Virus record (IMG/VR): IMGVR_UViG_3300032318_001091
Coordinates: 1 to 24,936 of that record
Direction: 5' to 3' (one strand)
Origin: a virus
Lineage: Duplodnaviria; Caudoviricetes
Length of the DNA stretch: 24,936 nt
Shown piece by piece: positions 1-7,829 of this stretch (position 1 is its first letter; every line of letters starts with the position of its first letter). The position numbers and the translations under genes were made by a program. The notes below the pieces were generated by a model. The model worked only from the letters and a program-made list of their open reading frames with translations, ran no database searches and was not told where the DNA came from.

Positions 1-712
1 GCCAATCACTACGTCCGGCACTCTGACGCTTGGCGGCACGCTTGCCGTGGCCAACGGCGGCACAGGCGGTACCACACAGGCCACTGCGCAGACCGCACTC
101 GATGTTCCATCGCGTGGTGGTTCCGGTGCGAGCGGCACATGGGGCATCAGCGTCAGCGGCACAGCCGCAAGTGTTCCAAACGGCGTCGTGACAACGTCCA
201 GTTACTCCGACCCGACGTGGATTTCGTCACTTGCGGGTTCCAAGATAACTGGCAACATCAGCGGCAACGCGGCGACGGCCACAACGGCAAACGCGACCAA
301 CACGGCAAACAACTTCCAGATGAACAGCCTCGGCGTCGGCACCGCTGGCTCCGGCACCGCTGGTGAAATCCGTGCGACCAACAACGTCACGGCGTTCTAT
401 TCGTCCGATGCGCGTCTGAAAGAGAACGTGCGTCCGATTGAAAACGCCCTCGACATCGTAACGACAGTCGGCGGCAAGACATTCGACTGGACCGACGCAT
501 ACGTCGCAGAGCATGGCGGCGAGGACGACTACTTCGTCCGCAAGAGTGACTTTGGTGTCATCGCGCAAGACGTGCAGGAAATGTTCCCGTTGGCCGTTCG
601 CACCCGCGACGACGGCACACTGGCTGTTGATTACGAGAAGCTGGTCGCCGTGGCGTTCGCCGCCATCGCAGAGTTAAAGGCTGAAGTGGACGAGCTACGG
701 GGAGCTAAGTAA
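1..712 (+). CDS. Tail fibre, 3' part (5' end outside window), with C-terminal intramolecular chaperone (Peptidase S74 type)
   Basis: Frame is open from base 2 (PITTSGTLTLGGTLAVANGGTG, a typical fibre repeat), so the ORF-track start at 47 is internal. Autocleavage signature S-D-x-R-L-K (SDARLKENV, nt 404-430), then GVIAQDV, VDYEKL and a terminal coiled coil. Confidence 0.9.
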   Translation, partial: PITTSGTLTLGGTLAVANGGTGGTTQATAQTALDVPSRGGSGASGTWGISVSGTAASVPNGVVTTSSYSDPTWISSLAGSKITGNISGNAATATTANATNTANNFQMNSLGVGTAGSGTAGEIRATNNVTAFYSSDARLKENVRPIENALDIVTTVGGKTFDWTDAYVAEHGGEDDYFVRKSDFGVIAQDVQEMFPLAVRTRDDGTLAVDYEKLVAVAFAAIAELKAEVDELRGAK

Positions 713-1269
713 TGACGCTTAACTCTTCAGGGCCAATCAGTCTGGGTGGCAGCACTGCGGGGCAGTCTATCAACCTTGAACTGAGTAAATCCGCTACCGC
801 GCAGGTCTCGCTGAACGACACCGATGTCCGCACACTCGCGGGCGTTGCGTCCGGCGCTATCATCGTGCCGACCAACTTCTACGGCAAGAGCGCGGTCACC
901 ATCACCCTGAGCAACCAGAGTATAGCTGATTTTACCGGCGGTGGCAGCACCGCACAGGCGGGCTATCAACTTACCTCGGCTGGTGCAGCAAACGAGATTG
1001 TTGGCGCTTCAACGAACTTCTTGGAAACATGGTGCTCGCCCAGCGCCCAAGCCGTAAACTATGAGGTGTTCGTGACCGCAACTGGTTCGCCCCTCACCAT
1101 AGGCTTCCTAAACGTGTGGAGAGCCTTATCTAGCACAGAGACTTGGCGACTTGATGCAGGTATAGGTCAGAATTTAGTCGCAACATTATCGGTGACTGTG
1201 CGGCGCGTGGGCACAACTTCTCCCACCTATAGCGCGACTATAGACCTCAACGCGGATGCGAGCTTCTAA
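712..1269 (+). CDS. Putative fibre-tip adhesin / receptor-binding protein (gp38-like N-terminal attachment module plus variable beta-rich C-terminus)
   Basis: TAATG coupling to the fibre gene. N-terminal MTLNSSGPISL...INLEL...SLND..VRTLAG...FYGKS resembles the module commonly found downstream of S74-bearing fibres. C-terminus is beta-strand rich. Confidence 0.6.
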   Translation: MTLNSSGPISLGGSTAGQSINLELSKSATAQVSLNDTDVRTLAGVASGAIIVPTNFYGKSAVTITLSNQSIADFTGGGSTAQAGYQLTSAGAANEIVGASTNFLETWCSPSAQAVNYEVFVTATGSPLTIGFLNVWRALSSTETWRLDAGIGQNLVATLSVTVRRVGTTSPTYSATIDLNADASF

Positions 1270-3044
1270 TGGCCGAAAAAATCGTACAGATACGCTCTGC
1301 CCCCGGCATCAAGCGCGACGGCACCAAGTTCGAGGGCGACCAGTACGTCGACGGGCAGTGGGTCCGTTTCCAGCGTGGGCTGCCGCGTAAGATTGGCGGC
1401 TATCGCTCAATCAACAAGTTCCTACGTGGCTTGCCGCGTGCCCTGCATGAATACACGCAGGACTTGCAGACGTACGTCCATGCAGGCTCGGCTGACCGCC
1501 TCGAACGCTTCTTCATCGACGGCACATATAACACGAGCGTTATAACTGACCGCACACCCTCGTCGGGCTTTACGGCTGCCGATGGCAACCTGTGGCAGTT
1601 CGCCACGGCGTACGACACGACGAACGGCAACCAGATTGTCGCACAAGTCGCGCCAAACCTGAACTGCATCTGCAACAGCGACGGCGGCGCGCTCTTCGTC
1701 GGCGACCTCCTCGGCACGAGCGCCCTGACGCAAGTTACCGCAGTACCCGCCAACTTCAGCGTCACTGGTGGCGTTGTCACGCTGCCGCCCTACACGTTTG
1801 CCTTCGGCAACGACGGATATGCGGCGTGGTCCGTGCCGAACGACCCAGCGGACTTTACCGGCTCCGGCGCAGGCAATGCCTACATCACAGGCCAGAAAAT
1901 CGTCAAAGGCATGCCACTGCGCGGCGGCCCCGGCAACAGTCCGTCGGGCCTTTTCTGGTCGGCGGACAGCCTCATTCGTGGCACTTACGTCGGCGGCACG
2001 GCGGTGTTTCAGTTCGACACTATCAGCACGCAGTCGTCAATCCTGTCGTCCGCGTCCGTCATCGAGTATGACGGCATCTTCTACTGGATTGGCACCGACC
2101 GCTTCTTGATGTTCAACGGCGTCGTTCGTGAGGTCGAGAACAATCTAAACATCAACTTCTTCTTCGACAACCTGAACTATGCGCAACGCCAGAAGGTGTT
2201 TGCGTATAAGGTTCCGCGCTTCGGCGAGATATGGTGGTGCTTCCCGTTCGGCGACAGCCTCGAACCGAACCACGCCGTCATTTACAACGTCCGCGAGAAC
2301 ACATGGTACGACACCGAATTGCCCAATGGCGGTCGTGGAGCGGGTCTCTTCCCTGCCGTATTCAGTAAGCCGCTCCTGTCTGGCGTTGAGCCGCAAGAGG
2401 CCGAGGCCGTTGCGGCTGCTGTGGCCGCAGGCGGCACAGGTTACGCCGTAGGCAACACGCTCACCGTTGTGGGCGGTCTGGGCCAGATTGACACGGAGTT
2501 GACAGTCACGACCATCGGTGGTGGTGGCGCTATCACTGGCGTCTCTATCAGCAATGCGGGGCAGTATACCGAGATACCAACCAATCCCGTTAGCGTGACT
2601 GGCGGGGCGGGCAGTGCGGCTACGTTCAACCTGACTTTCGACAACCCGTACAAGTTCTGGGTTCACGAGGTCGGCACGGACGAAATCGACGGCCTGACGC
2701 TGAACCCGATACAGTCGTTCTTCGAGACTGCCGACCTGTCCTTGCCTGCCACGTCGCAAATCAACAAGGCGCTGCAGGTGGTTATGCTTGAGCCTGACTT
2801 CGTGCAGAGCGGCGACATGACGGTGCAGGTTATGGGCCGTGCGAACGCCCGTGCGCCTGAAGTCAACGGCATTATCATGACGTTTGTGGAAGACCCGCAG
2901 ACGCCGCAAGAGCAGGTTGTCTTCCTCAAGACACAACGTCGCGAGCTGCGCTTCCGCTTCGAGAGCAACACTCTCGGTGGCAATTATCAAATGGGCCTCG
3001 TGCTTGCGCACGTTCAGCCGGGTGATGGGACGACACTGGGATGA
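1269..3044 (+). CDS. Podovirus tail hub/nozzle (P22 gp10-like DNA stabilisation protein)
   Basis: 591 aa, beta/aromatic rich. N-terminal PGIKRDGT...YVDGQWVRF..G.P.KIGG and FGEIWWCFP...VIYNVRENTWY are patterns typical of this class. Lies directly before the putative ejection genes. Confidence 0.7.
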   Translation: MAEKIVQIRSAPGIKRDGTKFEGDQYVDGQWVRFQRGLPRKIGGYRSINKFLRGLPRALHEYTQDLQTYVHAGSADRLERFFIDGTYNTSVITDRTPSSGFTAADGNLWQFATAYDTTNGNQIVAQVAPNLNCICNSDGGALFVGDLLGTSALTQVTAVPANFSVTGGVVTLPPYTFAFGNDGYAAWSVPNDPADFTGSGAGNAYITGQKIVKGMPLRGGPGNSPSGLFWSADSLIRGTYVGGTAVFQFDTISTQSSILSSASVIEYDGIFYWIGTDRFLMFNGVVREVENNLNINFFFDNLNYAQRQKVFAYKVPRFGEIWWCFPFGDSLEPNHAVIYNVRENTWYDTELPNGGRGAGLFPAVFSKPLLSGVEPQEAEAVAAAVAAGGTGYAVGNTLTVVGGLGQIDTELTVTTIGGGGAITGVSISNAGQYTEIPTNPVSVTGGAGSAATFNLTFDNPYKFWVHEVGTDEIDGLTLNPIQSFFETADLSLPATSQINKALQVVMLEPDFVQSGDMTVQVMGRANARAPEVNGIIMTFVEDPQTPQEQVVFLKTQRRELRFRFESNTLGGNYQMGLVLAHVQPGDGTTLG

Positions 3045-3277
3045 TAGACCCTCGCGGCATGACTTGGCAAGATTGGGCCAGTTCAGTTATACTGTCGGTC
3101 AACGACGCGTGGGCGTTCGGCACGCCTCCCGCAGAGGCCGAGTGGCAAGGCTGGGCTATAGGGCTGTTGCGTGCCTCGCCATTCGCACAACAAATTATTC
3201 CCGACCCATATCAGTTCTCGGATTGGCGTGAGTGGGGTATGCGTGTATACCCGATGCTCGAAGGTAAAAGCTCATGA
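3041..3277 (+). CDS. Small Trp-rich virion-module protein (78 aa)
   Basis: ATGA overlaps at both ends; 7 Trp including three WxxW motifs (WQDW, WQGW, WREW). Confidence 0.75.
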   Translation: MIDPRGMTWQDWASSVILSVNDAWAFGTPPAEAEWQGWAIGLLRASPFAQQIIPDPYQFSDWREWGMRVYPMLEGKSS

Positions 3278-5709
3278 ACTACATCCCCGGCTTCAGTAAC
3301 TATTTACAGGCGGCTGTGCCTCGCTACGCCCGAGGGGGCGAGGTCATGAACGACATGGAGTTCAGTGATTTCGGCGTAGGCGGCCCGATGCTTGGCGCAG
3401 AAACCGTCGGCTTCGATATTGCAAACGCTTTGCTTGGTGGTCCTGAGCAAGGCGGTTCGTACACTGGCGGTATGGGTGGTGGCTCTAGCCGGACAGAAGC
3501 AGAGCGCCAACAAGCGATATTGGATGTAAATCCTTACGTCGCGCCTAGCCAAGGTGTAAATCCTAACCCAATTACAAGTCAGCGAAGTGGCGGACAGACT
3601 GGCTATTATTTTGCGAACGAACTGGGTTTGCCTGCGCGCTACGATGACGTTGGCTTGCCGCAACCGGCTGACCCCACCACGTTCGACCCAAATGCTAAAT
3701 ACGCTGCGTCCGCGCCGGGCTTTGTACCCGTTGACCAAAACGCCACATATCGCCTTGTCAACGGCGGCACAGGCGGCAGCGTCGTTTACGCTGGCGCGGG
3801 TGAAGAAGGTCTGCGCAATGTATTCCAACAAGCCAACAAACTTACTTTGGACGACCCCAAAAATGCTTACTGGGGTGTAGAAGTTCTCGACCCAGCCACA
3901 GGCCAATACAAGCGCGTCGCCGAGAACCAAGGCCCGAACGGCCTCGGCATCGTTGGCGACATCGCAGGCGTTGCGCTGCCTATCGCCGCAGCCATCGCAA
4001 CTGGCGGCGCAAGCCTTGGTGTTCAGATAGCTGCGGGCGCTGCGGCAGGTGGCCTTGGAGGGTTTCTGTCGGGGCAAGACCCGCTAAAGTCTGCCCTACT
4101 CGCTGGCGCTACGGCTGGCCTCGGAAACGTGTCGGGCTTTAATGAGGCCGTTGGAGGCGCGCTTAGTAATGCGGGCAACGCTGTTAAAAACGCGTTGATA
4201 CCAGAAGTTGCTAAGCAGGCAGCGGCCGAAGCGGGCGGCGATATTGTGGTTACTGGCCTCAGTAATCTTGCAAAGGGTTTAGGGGCCGGTGCGCTTCAAG
4301 GGGCAGCGTCAGGCGTATCTAACAGTTTAAGCGACATCACTGGCTACAAAACGCCAGCCGAGAAGTTTGTGCAACAACCAACGCCGGAAACATCTCAGCT
4401 ACCGGCAGATAACACCATTGTCGTTAGTGGAAGCAGGGCTACGTCCGCTGCGCCGAATTACGGCGGTGCGCTGTCGGGCGTGTTCGAGCCTATAGCCACC
4501 GACTTTTTACCAAAGGGCGGTTTGCCTGAATTTCTGCCGTCGGAACCAACACCCATATCGGAACCCACGCCAGTTGACGACACCATCGTTGTCAGTGCTG
4601 ACAGGTTCACGCCGAGTTCGGGGTCGCCGTTCGCAGCCGCGTTCCCTATCCCCGTAAACGCAATGCTTTCAGGAGAGTTGGCCGCAGCACAGCCCGCGCC
4701 AACAGAACAACCCACAACACAAGAGCCAGTCGACGAAATCCTCGTCGAGGCGCGCAAGTCTTTCCTCCCGCCCGAGACGTTGGCTGCGGTACCTCTTATC
4801 GGTGGCCTTGCCGCTGCTACGACGGGTGGCGCTGCCGCACCTAACGTCGTCAACGGCATCGACCAGACCACAGGCGACATCGTCGTCGAGGCCACTCCGA
4901 AGTCAGTAGCCGCACCTCCGCCGATAGCGGGCATTGAGACGGTTATGCCTGCGATAACGCAAGGCGCGCTAACGCCAGCGCAGACAACCTCCACGCCAGA
5001 GGCTGACGTTGAGAAGAAGCTCGGCATCAAGGATTACATAGACATCGCCACTCTACTCGCAGGGCTAATACCCGGTGCCAGTGGCGGTGGCGGGGGTGGC
5101 TCCGGTGGCAAGATACCTACAGGCATGGGCGCTCTTAGCTCGCTCTTCAGCAAGCAACTGCCCACATCAACGCTGCCGAGCGGCGGTGCGCTTCCTGCGA
5201 CCACACTCGCCGCGCAGGGCTTGCGCAGCCCGCAAGATTACTACCGCTATGGCTACGGCCCAGAGCAGAGCTTCTTCAGCTACGCCACACAGGGCGCACC
5301 GAACACCAGCCGCGCGTACACTGGCTATGAAGGCTCAACGGCAGAAGATATGTTCGCGGCACAGCCGTCGCGTCTGCCGCAGCCAATCACGACGCCTATC
5401 CCAGACGAACCTAGCGGCCCTTCGATGTACTTGCCAGACACAACGCGTTTCGCACAAGGCGGTTACGCCGTCGAGGGTGCTGGTGACGGTCGCGACGACA
5501 AAATTCCCGCGCTCCTGTCCGATGGTGAGTACGTCATCGACGCGGAGACCGTGGCGCTACTCGGCAACGGGTCGAACAAAGCAGGCGCGGAGTTGCTCGA
5601 CAGCTTCCGCGTCAAAGTCCGCAAGCAGAAGGGCAAGAAGCTTGCTCGCGGTGAATTTAGTGATAACGCAAAAAGGCCCGAGCATTACATGGCCGGAGGA
5701 AAATCATGA
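3274..5709 (+). CDS. Putative ejected/internal virion protein with Gly/Ala hydrophobic segments and five TonB-box-like repeats
   Basis: 811 aa of low-complexity G/A/P/T sequence. Glycine-zipper-like hydrophobic stretch at about nt 3940-4125; repeats GDIVVTG, NTIVVSGSR, DTIVVSA, DEILVEARK, GDIVVEA; C-terminal GDGRDDKIPALLSDGEYVI virion-protein motif. Confidence 0.7.
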   Translation: MNYIPGFSNYLQAAVPRYARGGEVMNDMEFSDFGVGGPMLGAETVGFDIANALLGGPEQGGSYTGGMGGGSSRTEAERQQAILDVNPYVAPSQGVNPNPITSQRSGGQTGYYFANELGLPARYDDVGLPQPADPTTFDPNAKYAASAPGFVPVDQNATYRLVNGGTGGSVVYAGAGEEGLRNVFQQANKLTLDDPKNAYWGVEVLDPATGQYKRVAENQGPNGLGIVGDIAGVALPIAAAIATGGASLGVQIAAGAAAGGLGGFLSGQDPLKSALLAGATAGLGNVSGFNEAVGGALSNAGNAVKNALIPEVAKQAAAEAGGDIVVTGLSNLAKGLGAGALQGAASGVSNSLSDITGYKTPAEKFVQQPTPETSQLPADNTIVVSGSRATSAAPNYGGALSGVFEPIATDFLPKGGLPEFLPSEPTPISEPTPVDDTIVVSADRFTPSSGSPFAAAFPIPVNAMLSGELAAAQPAPTEQPTTQEPVDEILVEARKSFLPPETLAAVPLIGGLAAATTGGAAAPNVVNGIDQTTGDIVVEATPKSVAAPPPIAGIETVMPAITQGALTPAQTTSTPEADVEKKLGIKDYIDIATLLAGLIPGASGGGGGGSGGKIPTGMGALSSLFSKQLPTSTLPSGGALPATTLAAQGLRSPQDYYRYGYGPEQSFFSYATQGAPNTSRAYTGYEGSTAEDMFAAQPSRLPQPITTPIPDEPSGPSMYLPDTTRFAQGGYAVEGAGDGRDDKIPALLSDGEYVIDAETVALLGNGSNKAGAELLDSFRVKVRKQKGKKLARGEFSDNAKRPEHYMAGGKS

Positions 5710-7109
5710 CAAGCATGGGAAATTACCAAAGAACACCGCTGACGGCCGCTCAGACAGAAATGCTTATGAAGCAAACGCAAGCGCAAGCGCAAGCGGGGCC
5801 TCCTTCACGCCCGTTTGCGGTTAATTCCGGTCTGGACAGTATTGGCGCGGGGATGCCTTTTACCGATGCGCAGCGGCAACAGTTTTTGGATAATTTCCAG
5901 CCTAAAGCGGGCGCGGACATGTACAAGCCGAATATCAGTGGAGGCCCAATGATGGAAGGTACTACGGGGGCCGCGCCAACAATGAACTCTGAGACCCCTA
6001 TGCAGGGTGATGCCCCGAGGGGCGGCAGCAATCCCACCTCGACACCATCGTCCTCGCCTAACTTCGCTTCGTTCCTTAACAACGGGCAGTTGCCTGCTGG
6101 TTCGACATTCACGTCGAAGACTAGCGAGACCGTGCTTCCCGACTGGTACACGAACTACGCCATGCAATTGCTGTCGAACCAGCAAGCACTCGCCGCGCAG
6201 CCAATGCCGACGTATCAAGGCCCGCGCGTAGCGGAGTTTTCGCCGACAATGCAGCAAGGCTTCAACATGACAGGCCAAGCGGCTACGGCGTACCAGCCCG
6301 CGCTGAACGCCGCCACACAGGCAACGCAGGGTGCAATCAACGCACCGGGCGGTCTCGCCACCGCGCAGCCGTTCTTGACGCAAGCAGGCCAGAGCAGCGT
6401 GTCCAACATCGGCCAGTACATGAACCCATACACCGACCAAGTAGTCAACCGTATCGCCGAACTCGGCACGCGCAACTTGCGTGAGAGCATCATGCCCGAA
6501 ATCGAGGGCCGCTACATCAAGGCCGGTCAGCTCGGCTTCGGTGGCCGTGGCGGTCTAGGTGGCACGCCGTCGGGCATGATGACAGACACATCACGCGCCG
6601 TTCGCGATGTCAGCGCAGACATTCTCGCCCAACAGGCGAAAGCTCTTCAGTCTGGTTACACCGAAGCCGCAGGGCTTGCGGGCACCGACCTCGCACGCCA
6701 AGCTGCCCTTGCCTCAACGGCAGGCACCCTCGGCGGACAGGACATATCCCGTCAACTTGCTGGCGCAGGACAACTCGGTGAATTGGGCGAGAGGGCACAG
6801 ACACTCGGCCTTACTGGCGCAGGCGCACTGCAGCAGGTCGGCGCTACACAGCAGGGTCAAGCGCAGAAGAACCTCGATGTCGCATACAGCGACTTCCTGC
6901 GTCAGCAGGGCTACCCACAGGAGCAGATTAATGCTATGCTCCAGACGTTCGGTGGTGTCAAAGCTGGTGTTCCGACGGCTGCTAGGGAAGAAGGCATCGT
7001 GCCGCTCGGCTACCAGCCAGACCTGAAGCCCAGCACGGCTGAGACGGTAGGCGGCACGCTGGCCACATTGGCTGGCATACTGTCTAAAGCGGGTGCCTTC
7101 GGCAAGTAG
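5706..7109 (+). CDS. Putative DNA ejection/pilot protein
   Basis: 467 aa, Q/A/G rich and helical. YMNPY and YSDFLRQQGYP motifs and a hydrophobic Gly-rich C-terminal tail are typical of podovirus ejection proteins. SD GGAGG at 5694-5699. Confidence 0.7.
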   Translation: MTSMGNYQRTPLTAAQTEMLMKQTQAQAQAGPPSRPFAVNSGLDSIGAGMPFTDAQRQQFLDNFQPKAGADMYKPNISGGPMMEGTTGAAPTMNSETPMQGDAPRGGSNPTSTPSSSPNFASFLNNGQLPAGSTFTSKTSETVLPDWYTNYAMQLLSNQQALAAQPMPTYQGPRVAEFSPTMQQGFNMTGQAATAYQPALNAATQATQGAINAPGGLATAQPFLTQAGQSSVSNIGQYMNPYTDQVVNRIAELGTRNLRESIMPEIEGRYIKAGQLGFGGRGGLGGTPSGMMTDTSRAVRDVSADILAQQAKALQSGYTEAAGLAGTDLARQAALASTAGTLGGQDISRQLAGAGQLGELGERAQTLGLTGAGALQQVGATQQGQAQKNLDVAYSDFLRQQGYPQEQINAMLQTFGGVKAGVPTAAREEGIVPLGYQPDLKPSTAETVGGTLATLAGILSKAGAFGK

Positions 7110-7125
7110 TTTGGAGTTTAAGAGC

Positions 7126-7827
7126 ATGGCGTTACCGCAAGACGAAGCTGAAGCCGAAAGCATGGGCGCACTCGCGTCCATGGAGAACCTCGACTTGACG
7201 CAACTTGGCGACCCAGCAAAACTGCCGGGCCTTTTGCAGTCGTTGTACACGCAGCAAATGGGCGCATCTAGTAAGGCAGAGGCAAGCGCTAAGGAGCGCT
7301 TCGAGGCAGGTAAGGCGCGTATCGCAGAACTCAACCAAGGACCGTCGCAGTCCGAGCAGCTCTTCATGCTGTCTAAGGCACTGCTTGCGCCAAGGAAATA
7401 CCGTGGCTTTGCGGGCACCATGGGTAAAATCTCCGGTGCGCTTGGTAATATATCCGAGGCCGAGAGCAAGGCGCGCCAACAGCGCGAGGCTCAATTGGCT
7501 GCTTTGCAGGACAGTTACGCGAAAGAGGCTGCAGGCTTTGGCGTTGAGCGCGCCAAGACGGCAGCGGACCTCGTGAAGACGGCTGCACCGCTGTTGAAGC
7601 CAAAGGCCGCATCCACCGCGTCTAAAGTCACCATCGGCCCTGACGCCAAAGTGCGCTCTCGCGCCACTGGTGTCGAGTTGAAAGAGCCTCCACTCGACGC
7701 GATATACACGCTCCAGTCCTACCTCGAAAATCCTGCAAACACTGCAGAAAACAAGATGATTGCAAGAAAGAACTTTGATAAGAAGTTTGGCTACGGCTCT
7801 TCCGACATATATGGTGAAAGACAATAG
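7126..7827 (+). CDS. Putative internal virion protein (233 aa)
   Basis: Start re-assigned to ATG 7126 (GGAG at 7113-7116, just after the upstream stop at 7109). Helical/coiled-coil with an amphipathic GFAGTMGKISGALG segment. Confidence 0.65.
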   Translation: MALPQDEAEAESMGALASMENLDLTQLGDPAKLPGLLQSLYTQQMGASSKAEASAKERFEAGKARIAELNQGPSQSEQLFMLSKALLAPRKYRGFAGTMGKISGALGNISEAESKARQQREAQLAALQDSYAKEAAGFGVERAKTAADLVKTAAPLLKPKAASTASKVTIGPDAKVRSRATGVELKEPPLDAIYTLQSYLENPANTAENKMIARKNFDKKFGYGSSDIYGERQ

Positions 7828-7829
7828 AT

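Noticed and set aside
2021-2554. TATCAGCA(A) matches at 2021 and 2546 as further antisense targets
   Set aside because: Only 8-9 nt, inside the hub CDS, with no adjacent SD or dyad; compatible with chance.
1-3044. Diversity-generating retroelement, as in the organisationally similar phage BPP-1
   Set aside because: No reverse transcriptase and no template/variable repeat pair seen in this window.
5449-5580. Calling the 811-aa protein a tape measure protein because of the FAxGG...D.IPA.LSDGEYV motif
   Set aside because: The motif also occurs in tape measure proteins, but no tail tube or tail assembly chaperone genes are present, the context is podovirus-like, and the protein is Pro-rich rather than a long helix.
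5776-5795. (CGCAAG)x3 microsatellite
   Set aside because: A short in-frame QAQAQA run; a 6-nt unit cannot cause phase variation.
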